Of a DNA stretch of 64,000 bases, positions 47,324 through 59,878 are shown piece after piece. The position numbers and the translations under genes were made by a program. Within the stretch, counting starts at the first letter, position 1. Every line of letters begins with the position of its first letter. A model generated the notes under the pieces. That model was given only the letters and a program-made list of their open reading frames with translations, was not told the origin of the DNA and did no database searches. The stretch comes from Macrostomum lignano (Eukaryota): assembly GCA_002269645.1 (NCBI GenBank), contig NIVC01001167.1, positions 261,933-325,932 of the forward strand. Direction: 5' to 3'.

Positions 47324-48462
47324 CGGGTCTATGAAATTTGCTAGCAGGAAATCTGCTAGCCGAAGTTTGCTAGCGAGAAATGTGCTTGCCGAAATCTGCT
47401 AGCCGAAGTTTGCTAGCCGAAATCTGCTAGCCGAAATCTGCTAGCCGAAATTTGCTTGCAAAAATTTGCTAGCCGAAACCTGCTGGCCGAGGTTTGCTAG
47501 CCGAAGCTTGCTAGCAGGAATTTTGCTAGCCGAGATTTGCTAGCAGGAATTTTGCTGGCCGAGTTGCTAGCAGGAATTTTGCTAGCGAGGATTTAGCTAG
47601 CCGAAATCTGCTAGCGAGAATCCAACCAAAACCGGCAAGCAGCAATTTGGCTAGTCGAACTCAGGAAGTTGTAATTAGGTAGAGACAATTTGCTTGTCAA
47701 GTTTCGCAAGAATTTCACTAAATCCTCTATAGCGTCGCTCCACTTTTACCAATCCTCTTCAAATTGGACACAATCCAATTTTCAACTATTTTGACACAAT
47801 CGTATAAAGTTTCGAGTCTCGAAGTTAATTCTGAACGGCACTGTGTACTTTTAAAGTTAGTCTGCTTTTTGTCAGCGAGACAGCCACCCCAACCTCTGTC
47901 TCTCTCCTTCCTGGCCACTAGACAGATGTGTGAAAGGGGTTTAAAATTGATTAACTTTCAGCTGACACAAGTTTGCTCCACGTATACAGCGATTGACTTC
48001 AAACTTTATACAATTCTTCATTGACTCATTCTCTGTCTAAATATAAAGTCTCAACTGTGTACTTCAGTTAGAACAGAAACTGTAGGCATGTGAAGTTTGT
48101 CTGCTTTTTCTGTTGTTTGTGCGACTGCACTCACTCATTCCCCCAGACCAAGGATCAGGTGATAGGGATAACTGTGAGGGAAAATTGGAATAACTTTTTA
48201 TAGCCTTCTCTGGTAACGTTAAGCCTTGACAGTTCAGTAAGGAATTCAACTACTGTCCTACTACGAGCTATCTGATTGCGACTTGAGAGTATTCTGTCCC
48301 CCACAATGACAAACTGACTTTCCAAGCACTTGAACTGATGAGCCAGCAGATTTCGGCTAGCAAACTTCGGCTAGCAAACCTCGGCTAGCAGGTTTCGGCT
48401 AGCAAATTTCGGCTAGCAGATTTCGGCTAGCAGATTTCCTGCTAGCAAATCTCCTACTCCCG
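47324..48462. mobile_element. Foldback-like non-autonomous DNA element with long inverted arms of GCTAGC subrepeats
   Basis: Left arm CGGG..ATTTGCTAGCAGGAAATCTGCTAGCCGAA (47324-~47660) mirrors the right arm (~48340-48462); no TSD found. Confidence 0.7.
47930..48180. repeat. Interspersed repeat, inverted relative to the copy at ~51485-51730
   Basis: Reverse-complement similarity (ACAACAGAAAAAGCAGACAAAC..CATGC..ACAGTTTCTGTTCT). Confidence 0.75.
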
Positions 48463-49739
48463 TGCGTTCCGTCCAGAGAGCATATAGTCCATTTTAAAAC
48501 CCCCATTTTATAAGCTAAATGTAGCTTATAACTAAACATATCGCATCTTCCAACTATACTAATTATCTAAGATTTGTCTGTCTTGTGTGTCTGACCATAC
48601 GCTCGTATATATTCTATATATACTAATATACATTATAAATTCTAATTCTAAATTCTAGTATATTATATATAGTCGAATATTTTTCCCATAAAAGTTTGAA
48701 CGCTGACTTGCAAGCAGCCTACTAGGAGTTATCGTACATTGAGAGAGGGCCACCGTTCTACACCCACCCCAAAACTGAGCACGCGGGCCAATGAGAATTC
48801 TCCCACGGAGAGTTAGACAAGCCAACCCCTCCCTTTGATTAATGAGCCTCTCGCTTTTTGATTCTCCGACGGCCACCACCCACGGTGTAGGTTAATTTGT
48901 GGCTTTATTCACCAGTATCAAGGAGCTTATATAAAGAGCTGGAAAGAAAAGGCTATCCTTGTCTCTCATTTCAAGCATAGGCCTGCATAGTGTATAAATA
49001 TTTGAGCGCAAGCTTAACGGCTATACTTGGTTATTTTTAATTTGTCTTTAAATACAGGTAAGTTCAAGGAATCGAATAATTTTAAAGCGAAAATGCCACT
49101 GTTTGAATAATTCTTAGTAAAATTCAGTTTTGCTGCAGGCGCACGGTATCAAGTTTTTTCAATGGAATATATTCGATTCTTACAACGAGCGCCATTAGCT
49201 CGTTGAAAGCTACTCTTGAGCAAGGGTATAGTGCCCTCTCCTTTAGAGACCCTAAAATGCCCCAATGCCCCTTTTTGAGGCCCCCCTTTCGCACACTCCT
49301 TGGCCCTGAATTACTTTAATTGCTATTGCCGCTTGCACAAATTGTGGGTGGCATTTTGAACTTGAAAATTGTTCGATTTCCTAGAACCTTAGCTTGATAT
49401 TACGCTTCACAATAAGCAATATTTGCTTAGTTATAAGCTATATATATTGAGTTTTAAGCTATGTGCATTTAGTTATGAGATATATGCAGTTCCTTATAAG
49501 CTGTATATATATTTAGTTTTAAGCTATATATAGTTACAAGCTAAAAAATACCAGGAGAGAGCATGGAATTCATGAACTCATGGATTTCCAATCCCTGGAA
49601 CTATTTTTGCATGGATTCTACCATCTGAAGTCACACTCAAAAACTTGTTAAAAGTTAGACTGGAGATAAACATAAAATGGAGTAAATTTGTGTGAAATTA
49701 AGATTTGACGCAATTATTTATTTTGCTTGTTGGGGTGCT

Positions 49740-50960
49740 GTGCAGAATATCAGGATCTTCTTTTCTTCTTCTTTCTCCTCTCGTCTCTTGTCTCTCCTCT
49801 CATCTCTTCTCTTTTTCCCTCTCTCCTTTCCTCTCCTCTCTCATCTCTTATCTTTTATATCTTCTCATTTCTCTCTACTCTCTCTTCTCACTCCTTACTC
49901 TCCCCTCTCTTAACACTTCCCTCTTCTCTATCTTCTCTACTCTCTTATCTCTCTTCTCTACTTTTTCCTTTCTCTCTCTCTATCCTCTCATCTCTTCTCT
50001 TCTTTCCTTTCCTCTTTCCTGACTCACTTCTCCCTTTGTCTCTGCTCTCTCTTCTGGTATTTTAAATCTCATCTCTCTTATCTCTTATCTCTACTCTGTT
50101 CTCTCTACTTTCCCATCTCTCGTCTGTTCACGCTCATCTCTGCTCTCTCATCTGTCATCTTTACTCTCTTATACGTTCTCTCACTTATCTTCTCTGTATT
50201 CTTCTCTTTCACCTCTTCTGACTCCTCTCTTTCCTTTCTCCTTTCTCCTTTTTTCTTCTCTTCTCTTCCCTCTTCTTCTATACTCTCTCCCTCTCTTGTC
50301 TTCTCTCTTCTCTCTCCACTCTCTCCTCCTTTATCTCTCTTATCTCACTTCTCATCTCTCCTTCGTCTGTTCTCTCTCATCCCTCTCGCTCTTCTGTCAT
50401 CGATCTTTACTCTCCTCTTTCCTGTGTACTCTTCTCTTTCCCCTCTTCTGACTCCTCTCTTTCCTTACTCCTATCTTATTTTCTCTTCTCTCTTCTATAC
50501 TCTCTCTCCTCTATCATCTTCTCTCGTCTCTCTGCACTCTCATCTCACCTTTTTAATCTCTCATCTTTACTCTCTCATCTCTCCTTTCATCTGTCTTATC
50601 TCTACAATCTCATCTCTTTCCTCTCTCCCCCTCTTATCTCCTCTCTTCTCTATCCTTTCTACTCTCTCCTCTCTAATCTCTCCTCTCCTCTTGCCCCTCT
50701 GTTATCTTCTTTCTGCTTTCTCGTCTCTACTCTCTTCTAGACATTCTTTACTCTCCTCTCTCATCGATCCTCTGTCTTATCTCTCACCTCTTCTCACCTT
50801 TACTCTTTCCTCTCCCTTCTTTCTCCCCTCCTCTCGCTTCCTCCTCCCTTCTTCTCTGCTCTATCCTCACCACTTGTCTCTCCTCTTATCTTCCATGTTT
50901 TCTCTTACCACCCTCTCGCCTCTCCTCTCTTCTTATAGTATATTCCTTCTTCTTTCCACT
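49740..50960 (+). repeat. ~1.2-kb degenerate polypyrimidine (CT-rich) tract
   Basis: Almost purine-free + strand; internal duplication ~50155-50290 vs ~50400-50515. Confidence 0.95.
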
Positions 50961-51782
50961 CTCATCTGGCCCGCACATAAGCTGGATTCTTTATCTGGCT
51001 TTTGAAGTAAAAGTCTGCCGATCCCTGCTTCGAAAGCCAGTTTGTAGGATGTAGCTCGTACTACTCTCATTGTTGTTCTCGTGCTTTGATCATGTCATCT
51101 TTCTTGCCAATTTGATGTCCTGAAAGGAATTTGTGTATCTTCAGCTCCACTGCAGTCTGCAACAGTCTAACAACCAAGGATTAGGAGGCCATTTAAATTT
51201 AAAAGTACCTTTAAGAGAAACTTAAAATTTTCATGGTGTGACTAATTTAGTAGGGTTGAATCGCATTGCATCGCCTTTTCATAAATCTTTCGCTTTTACA
51301 AACCATGCTGGATTACCTTGATTTGCCAATTGCCATCCACTGTTAAACTGCTGCAGAGTTTGCCTATACAGAGGACAGTGCTACTCACTAAACTGTTATG
51401 GATGGCTAAACGTAGCCTCTCCACGGGTTCGCAGAGAAAGCCATAAACAAAGCTATTCCAAAACACTGTACATTGCCATGTACATTCAGCCCTATCGCCT
51501 GACCCTTGGTCTGGCTCTGGGGCAATGAGTGAGTGAGTGGTACGAACAACAGAAAAAGCAGACAAACATCACATGCTTACAGTTTCTGTTCTGATTGGGT
51601 TACAGAGTTGAAACTTTACATTTTGACAGAGAATGAGTCAATGAAGAATAGTGTCAAGTTTGATGTCAATCGCTTTATGTGGAGCAAACTTATGGCAGCT
51701 GAAAGTTGGTCAATTTTGAAACCCCTTTACTCATCTGGGTTTGGTTGAGCGGTTTGGAAGGCCATAGCGATCAAAATTGTCC

Positions 51783-51784
<2 letters not shown>

Positions 51785-51841
<57 letters not shown>

Positions 51842-51860
51842 CACACACACACACACACAC
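51785..51860 (+). repeat. (AGAC)n + (AC)n microsatellite
   Basis: Direct reading. Confidence 0.97.
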
Positions 51861-52467
51861 AGTTTTAATTCTTATATATTGAGATATCTGTCATATATTT
51901 AGTTTTAAGCTATATATAATTATATCTGTCATATCTGCTATATCTATCTGTCTCGTGTCTCTCTCAGTGTCTGTCTTAGTATCTCTTAGTGTCTGTCTTG
52001 ATGTCTTTCTCAGTGTCTGTCTCAGTCTTAGTGTCTTTCTTAGACTGTCTTAGTGTTGCAGTGTCTCTCCTAGTGTCTGTCTCAGTGTCAGTTACAGTCT
52101 GTCTTAGTGTCTGTCCTAGTGGCTCTCCTTACTCCACTTCTCTCCCATTGTCTACATTGTAGACAACTACGAAGAGTAGGCTACTAAAAGTAGTATGAGG
52201 GGAACATGTTCACTATGGTCTCTAGACATACACTAGCATTATGTTGTAAATGACGCAATTCATTATTATAGTTTCAAGATGACGCGAAAAAATGGCCCTT
52301 TTCCACTCACACCTCTGGTTTATTTTCCAGATGGACGCTATTCCGCCGCCGCCGCCGCCGCCGCGACGACGACGACGACTCCGGCGTCTCCGCAGCGGCG
52401 GCCTTCGGCTGCTGTCTGTAACTGATTATAACTGATTAACTGATTGTAACTGAAGTCACGAGAGCTG

Positions 52468-52966
52468 CAGTGTTCCCACCCTAGCGCGAATTTGCGCCAT
52501 GCCCGAAAATAAGGCAATATGGCGCGAATGCGCAAATAATAAGGTTCGGCGCGAATCTGAAAATGTGGAAAATTCGCGCCTAAATTGTAACCCTTTCGCA
52601 TTTTTTAGATGATTTTCACGTTAGGTGTTGTTTGTAACAAAACAGACCAGGAATGCAATAAATTTTATAATTGCAGTAGTGGTTTAGAAAAATTAATGTA
52701 TTTTTTACATTTTTCAACCCATGCTGTTGTTTCCAGTTTTCGACCCATTTTTTGCTAAGCTGTAGTGTTTTATCTTGTCAAAAATTGGATTATTTATGAT
52801 TGGGGTCCCTGGATGTTAGGTATTTGAGTTTTTTTAAATATCTCAATGGGCATCACACTGCATTAGAGCCTTAGAGGTAAAGAGTGATAATGACACGAAA
52901 AATATCCATGGCGCGAAAATGAACGGCTTGGCGCGAAAAAATGAAGGTTGCTGAGTGGGAACACTG
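52468..52966. mobile_element. hAT-type MITE (499 bp), 8-bp TSD GAGAGCTG
   Basis: TIRs CAGTGTTCCCA...TGGGAACACTG; TSD at 52460-52467 and 52967-52974. Confidence 0.92.
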
Positions 52967-53055
52967 GAGAGCTGTAACTGTAACTGATTGGGCTGGGCTA
53001 TCTGATTGTAGGGAAAGTTTTCGGAATTTTAAAAACATTTGAAAATAACTTTTTC

Positions 53056-53081
53056 AGACAGACAGACAGACAGACAGAGAA

Positions 53082-53116
<35 letters not shown>

Positions 53117-53119
53117 GAA

Positions 53120-53154
<35 letters not shown>

Positions 53155-53157
53155 GAA

Positions 53158-53204
<47 letters not shown>

Positions 53205-53391
53205 AAGACTAACTGAGAGACAGGGCATACAGACAGACAGACCGAGAGACAGACATACAGACCGACAGACATACAAAAGGAAAGACAGGCAGACGGACAG
53301 ACAGACAGACAGACAGACCGAGAGACAGACATACAGACAGACAGACATACAGAAGGAAAGACAGACAGACGGACAGACATGCAGACAAACC

Positions 53392-53425
<34 letters not shown>
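53056..53425 (+). repeat. Long degenerate (AGAC)n microsatellite
   Basis: Direct reading. Confidence 0.97.
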
Positions 53426-53659
53426 GAACTTTCCCTATAATCAGATATGAACCCTCGGGGCGAAGTGAATTAATGTTTTGTAATGTAATAATGTAATGTA
53501 ATTTATGTAATGTAATGTAGTTAATGTAATTTATTTAATTAATTAATTAATTAATTAATGTTTTCATAATAATTTATTAATAATTTAATAATAAAACGCA
53601 TCCTACTGCATCCTACCACAACAGATAAGCACATTCCATCAACAATTGACTCGTTCGTC

Positions 53660-53795
53660 TTAAGCAAATACCCTTCAGAATCCACCCCTTGGTCTTTACC
53701 CTCCAGAATCCACCCCTGGGTCTTTGCCCTTGAGAATCCACCCCTGGGTCTTTGCTTTCCAGAATCCATCCCTAGGTTTTTACCCTCCAGAATCC
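53660..53795 (+). repeat. ~29-bp tandem repeat (AGAATCCACCCCTGGGTCTTTGCCCT..) x 4-5
   Basis: Direct reading. Confidence 0.85.
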
Positions 53796-54439
53796 GCCCA
53801 CAGAATCTACAGCAATATGTAACGAAGACAACAAAACTAACCAGCCAAAAACACCTTTTGCACTCATTTAGATTCTGCCCGATCGCTACGAGGGCTTGAA
53901 GCGCGCTCTGCCGTTGCCGAAGTTCTGGGCTGCCGGCTTTCTTTGTCCAGCCGGACCTGGGGCCCAGGATGTACAATGCCTATGGCCTGACCGCTGCGAC
54001 GCCAAAGGGGCACAAGTTCAGTGAAAACAGAATTAATTGACAAGGCCAAGGTTCAGAGACCATGAATACAATATGGCTATAAAAATATATAGAAATAGCT
54101 AGATATGGCTATAAATATTGGTTTTGATACGTTAAAAATCGACTATTGACAGTTCCCGGGATTGCAAACCCTAACTCATAGCCTCTCCCTTATTCTCTTT
54201 CCTTTCCACTCTCATATGACCCACAGCCATGAGCTGAATTCTTTATCTGGCCCTGGACAGGGACTCCTAAAAAAAGCATCAGAAGTGCTAGCTCTAGAAG
54301 TCCCTGGAGGTAAAAAAGTTGCCGACCCCAGATCTGGAATAATGGTAAAAGTCGGGTTAGATAATCTCATCTATTCATTCATGATTTGCCTGTCCCACGG
54401 AACTCGGAAAAAAAGAAACTGAAGATACGAAATCCGGAT

Positions 54440-54618
54440 CAGTGGCGTAGCCAGGATTTTCTTCTGCGGAGGGGGTCACAGTAACAGGCTCACAGCGGCA
54501 ACCGGGGGCAGGGGGTGCTAGGCCTCTGCGACGGAAGAGGGGGGTGCTCGAAAATTTCGAAAATTTGGCCTGGATTAGCCGGCTGGGTCATGATCCCCCC
54601 GCCTTGGCTACGCCCCTG
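54440..54618. mobile_element. Small hAT-like MITE
   Basis: TIRs CAGTGGCGTAGCCA / TGGCTACGCCCCTG; TSD not clean. Confidence 0.65.
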
Positions 54619-55226
54619 CCGATCAAGCCTCCTTTATAGCAAATGTGGCTGTGTCCAGATTACGCAGTATTGAAATGAACTTTGCTTGCCTTACAGAATC
54701 GAAGAAAGAATAACAGGAGCGGGTGTGAGTTGTTAAAAGTTTTAGAAGGTATTAAAGAAATTTCCTGTTTTCTGGAGAAGGCTTTCCGAGAAAAAAGTTC
54801 TGAAATGCCTACTTGAATTTGAATCAGTTTCAGTTTTTCTTCGTTTGGGCATTGTTTAGAAGTTCTTGTTCGAATAAAAAATCACAAATTTGTTGCTTGA
54901 TAATACAACTCAATTCAATAAGAGTTGATTCAATTATTACTGAAGAAAACCCTTCTCGGAATGAATGTGACGAAAGGCCCAGGACAGGAAGGAAGAAGAG
55001 GATTGAGAGCCAAGATGATTGGGGAGCGCCGGAGCGGGACGGGGAGGGAATAGGAGGCAGGCAAGAGGTAAGGAAGAATTTCTATTGGCTGCAGAGATGG
55101 CTTTGACTTTGACTCTTTGACAGAACATATAACCAAGACTTAGACCGTTGTCTGGTCTAGACAGGCATCAAAATCCCATTTCCACCCATTTCTATTCAAT
55201 TCAATTACTTTTTGACTTGAATCTCA

Positions 55227-57453
55227 ATGGAAGGCATCCGATTCCTGGTGTTCTTCATGACGGACAAACAAGTACTGGAGTTATCTGGCAACAGCGTCTC
55301 TCTAGGAGAGTTCCAAGACTTCACAAGAGACGACTGGGAGCAGTTTGGTGAAGTTGGAGAGAACCGATATAGCGAGGAGAAAATAGAAATCCGAGCGGAG
55401 TATGAGGACGACTGGTATTCCGCAGTCATTTTGCAAGTTGTCTTGGATGCTGAAACGGACACGGACCCCACGATTAAATTCATTAGAGAATTAATCGAGC
55501 AGAAGAAGAAAAGCGTGAAAGGAATTCTTCGGTCGGTTCCACGTGTGAACAAGGGCGGAAGGAACCGTTTCGTCAGTATGAAGGTAGGCTAGAATCTACT
55601 TTGTCGACTTAATAAGTTAAGTAAATATTCTACATGTCTAACTACTAGCGGTTAGCAAGCAGAAATTATTAATACTTTTTAATCGAAAGATCAAAGCATA
55701 CATCTACAACTCCAACCCATGCAGTACATTGCTACGTCAGCCGACGAAGAAAACAGCAGCACCGATCGGCGGCTTCGGAAGTCGGGGCGCCCAACCGCCT
55801 CAACGTCACTCAATGCGGAACCAGTAGCTCTTCCAGCGCTCAACACCGCATTGCTACCAGCAAGGCTTGGTGCGACAAGTGAGATGGGGACTCCAAGAGC
55901 TGTGGTGGCGCCGCCGCCGGCGGTACCTTCTATGCTGACGCCCACAGCAGCGCCTACGTCGACGCTCACAGCAGCGCCTACGCCGACGCTCACAGCAGCG
56001 CCTACGCCGACACTCACAGCAGCGCCTACGCCGACACCATGCGCTGATTCAGTGACGCCAAAGCCGACGTACACACCGCGAAGCGTCGACGGTGAAGGCT
56101 TAGATGGCGACTGCGGCATCGACAGGCTCCATCCAGCTGCAGTGCTTCACATTCGTCAGTACCTGTCCAGTGTCGGAATCGACGCAGAGTCGGCAAGTGA
56201 TGTTGCACATCTAACAATGCTGGCTGCTCGCCGCAGTTGCGACGCAGTTCGTCGCATCAAGCAGCTAGAGGATCGGATGCTGCCCCTCCTCGAAGGCATC
56301 GCAGCTTCATTTGCTAGTCGCACAACTACCAGCAACACCGTCCACATTTCGAGCCTATAGACTCCTGGGCGGAGTACATCAAGTTTGTCTCATCAAGGCA
56401 GTTGCAGTCTAGCCTTGTAAGCAGTATTACGTTATTTTGCAACTATATTTAATTTGCAACCATTGGCCTTATGTACGAGCTAGATCGAATTAACTATCAT
56501 AAGCTAATACCCTTTCCCTTTGCAATAATACAGTTATTTTAACTCAGTAATACTAGCTCTTACTACTACTACGAGTAGTACACTTATAAGTTATTCCTCA
56601 AACCGTATTTTAACAGGGGCCTCATCTGTTAAGTTGCCGGTGCGATACGCTGTCGGAAACGGTCCGCCGGATGATGAATAAGTGTCTAGCGCCACGAATG
56701 CAGGTCGTTGTGAACTGGAGTGGCCGAGGCATGCTTGAGAAATGCCGGACGGAAGTGTTGGGCTGCCTAATGATAGAGGACCAACTTGCTTTTAAGAATG
56801 CCAAGCAAGTTTTCATAGGTAAGAGTACTGTGGCTATACTCTTGCTTTATTTATTGTCCAAATCCATTCCCGCTCTGACGCTTGCTTACTTAAGTATAAA
56901 AAATCAAATATAAAAACAAGAAATTTAGGAAACCTATGAGCGTATTACTGAATGAAAAAGCAGAAAAGGAAGAAAGAAAAAGAAAATACATTTAGGTAAA
57001 ATCTGTTACTCTACTCTACTATTTACTTAAAGTAGGCAGTATGAAATTATAAACTTCACACCCTATAAAAATTTAAAGTTCTGCCTCCCTAATTCATTCT
57101 CAGACGCCGTGGCCGACATGTTTCCGCCAGATCCTGTCACGAAGAAGGTCGTGTTCACGGAAAAACAGGTTGAGGCGGCAATAATTGCCGTCCTAAGGCA
57201 TGCTAGTGAGCGGAATGAAGCCAAATTAAAGCGGCTAAAGGTGGCCACGGAATTAGCCGCAGCGTCTGCAGCCACTTCCAGCTCTGCCACCTCCAGTTCC
57301 GCGGCCTCCGCTACTGCTCAAGTGCCCAAGGCTCGCCGCAAAACCTTCGGTGCAAGATCAACAAGAAAAGAGAGCAACGTCAAGATAGCTCGGCCTCGCA
57401 TCCTCAGTGATGATGAGTTCAACTGTGAGGACGAATCAGATATGGAGTACTGA
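55227..57453 (+). pseudogene. Spliced DUF4806-like (BEN-related) protein; exons 55227-55583, 55725-56416, 56617-56818, 57104-57453; one apparent frameshift ~56341
   Basis: All three GT..AG junctions are phase-compatible. ETVRRMMNKCL..VNWSGRG..K / EKQVEAAIIAVLRHASER fits the DUF4806 pattern by eye. 24-bp AAPTPTLT repeats in exon 2. Confidence 0.65.
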
Positions 57454-59156
57454 AGTTACTGAACCAACGAATGACACTACGTGTTTCTTAAAATTGCCTA
57501 ATTGTATTTCGCAAATTGCGATTTCGTAAATGGTATTTTGTATTTGTATTTGTACTTCTATCTTGTATTTTGCATTTAGTGTATGATTTTCATTTTTAGT
57601 ATATGGGATTATCGTGTTCATTTCGTGTTTAATACTATAGCCACAGTAATACTATAATCAGTTATAATCAGTTATTACATTATTAAAATGGAGCTGACGT
57701 TCTAATTTATTCACAATGTATGGTAACCATTACTTCCTTTGTCAACATCTTCAAAAAAATAAAATATACTCGAGAAATTAAATTCCACAATTCGGCACAA
57801 ATGCTTAACTGCTTACTTATAGTAGTCAGATGAAAAATCGAAAGATAAGAGTCCTATTCAGATCCGCCGTGAGCTTGAAATCTGGGTCTGGCGGACTCAG
57901 ACCACTTTATACCTAAACATATCAGTTGGAGGCTGACGAATCAGTGTCCGCCGGATTATTTTTTCAACACCGGGCATTTGCCCGTGGGGCGTAAAACAAC
58001 CCAGTCTCATCTCAAAGCAAGCTCTGAGACCCCAACGTTCCGTAATACGCAAAAATTACGGTGGTGTCAGCGCAACTCTACTGTTAGTAACAAGTTAAGT
58101 CAAGCATACGAGATACGTTAAATTCGGTGTCTGAGGACCCGCTCTGAACGCTCGCGCCAACGAAGACCGCTCGCCTACGACTAAAACTACCCTCCCCCCA
58201 GGATTGAGGACCCCGGCAGTCGGAGTATCTGCGAGACATTTCAATTGGGATTCGTCCACACGAATTTTCCGGATTTAATCTGTGCGAATTAACGACGGCG
58301 CCGATTCGAAGGCCTGAGCCGCTCATACTCGACATTAAATCAAGCGACCACCGGACAATCCCACCTACAATCAAAACTTTCTCCGCCCCACCTCAATTAA
58401 ATAAAAAAGGTAATTAGTTCCTGTTGTCAACAGCTACGGTAAAACATTAACAAAACTAAACTTACTTTAAGATTTTATAACTTGTTCATGATAGAAGCAG
58501 GAGAGTTTTTAAGTTTTATCACAATACATTTAAAATTGAAGACTTTTGTACCAGAAAAAATGTATCAAAGGTAGCACAACAGTTAAACTTTCAAATAAAG
58601 AATCTACTTTTTTTAAAATACGATACATCAATACGGTACCGGTATATAATTGATCTTCGACTTCAATGACAATAAATATGACAGGAACTAAATGTGCTTC
58701 ACCCCAAGTGTTACAAAAGATTACTATGTGTTTAATATTAGCACTGCTAGACTCACACCGTGTCAAAAGATAAACAAGCCAATAAAATAGAGACCATGAG
58801 TCCATGACTTCATGAGAGTTACTTTAGGCCTGCAACTGCTACACTAATGGACTGCCACATCGCTAACTTGCAGGCGGTTGAGCTTACCCTTCAGACTACT
58901 GCTGATATTAGCAGCAGTGTGAGCTGCGAGCGGGTGCACGCAAGGGGCCTTCCCTGTGCATCTTAGTTTAGGCTATTGGCTCTTTCGATACTACTTTTCT
59001 AATACGTTTATTTTCATCACTTAAACCAGCAATCCTCTAATCCTTATAATAATCCTCATTACCATAATTTAACGTTTGTTCACTCAAATTCTAATTTCTG
59101 CTTTTCTGCATGTTCTGCTTTTTTATACGCACAATATTTACATTAAGATAACATTT

Positions 59157-59219
59157 TGTCTAGCAGGATTCGAACCTCAAACCTTCCAATTTCAAGTCAG
59201 GCCCACTGGCCACCCGACC
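59157..59219 (-). mobile_element. tRNA-derived SINE head
   Basis: Minus strand A-box-like GGTGGCCAGTGG and B-box GGTTCGAATCC; no full cloverleaf or CCA. Confidence 0.75.
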
Positions 59220-59878
59220 AATTTTTAGCACTCAGAGAATTCCCAGACTTCTCATTCCCGTCCGCGGGTACACTCGACCAGCCTACCCTAGCCCACACGG
59301 ACCAATAGCAGCGTTCCTTGTCATATCTAGCGTACTATCACTATGCGCACTGTGTGGACTCTCAAGGACTAGCCTGTGTGGGTCCACACGAGGACTCACT
59401 AGCTAGCCACGTATTTTTTGTTTAGTGGATTGTCTGGCTAGCCCACGACCGTTAGGTGCTCTCTCGTTCCTCCTGCGTCCGAGCCTCTCCCCATGCGTTA
59501 TTCTATTTTTAGACTGAGGGCTTCGCGAGGGTGTCCCGAGCTGAACCCTCCCTCACGTGCAGCCTTGTGCACACAAGCCCAAATTTGGCATGCTATTTTC
59601 ACTGGTGGCTTGAAGCTTCTGTCGGCGCTTCGTACAAGCTACTTTTTAATTCAATTTTTAATCAGTTTAATCAATAGCTGTTGTGCATCATTATCCGCAC
59701 TTTTCGGCTGCAGTTTCATGGTCAAGCCACGGAATGCCCAAACGCTCCACCCTCCGCGTTCTATATTAATGAATGCAGGCCGATCTGTCTGATTTCTCCT
59801 CAGAACCGCCTCGTGAGGACTTGTCGAGAGCTTTCTCCAAGTCTAGCGCCTCAGCGCTGGTTAACAGCGAAGCAAATG

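Noticed and set aside
49692-51005. Long L/S/F-rich ORFs
   Set aside because: By-products of the CT-rich tract, which lacks stop codons
52998-53380. SVCL-repeat ORFs on the minus strand
   Set aside because: Translation of the (AGAC)n microsatellite
57930-58030. CTGACGA hammerhead-like core (also CTGATGA at ~48334)
   Set aside because: No stem II followed by GAAA and no stem I/III pairing could be built
59157-59219. Functional tRNA gene
   Set aside because: A and B boxes present but no complete cloverleaf; SINE head is more likely
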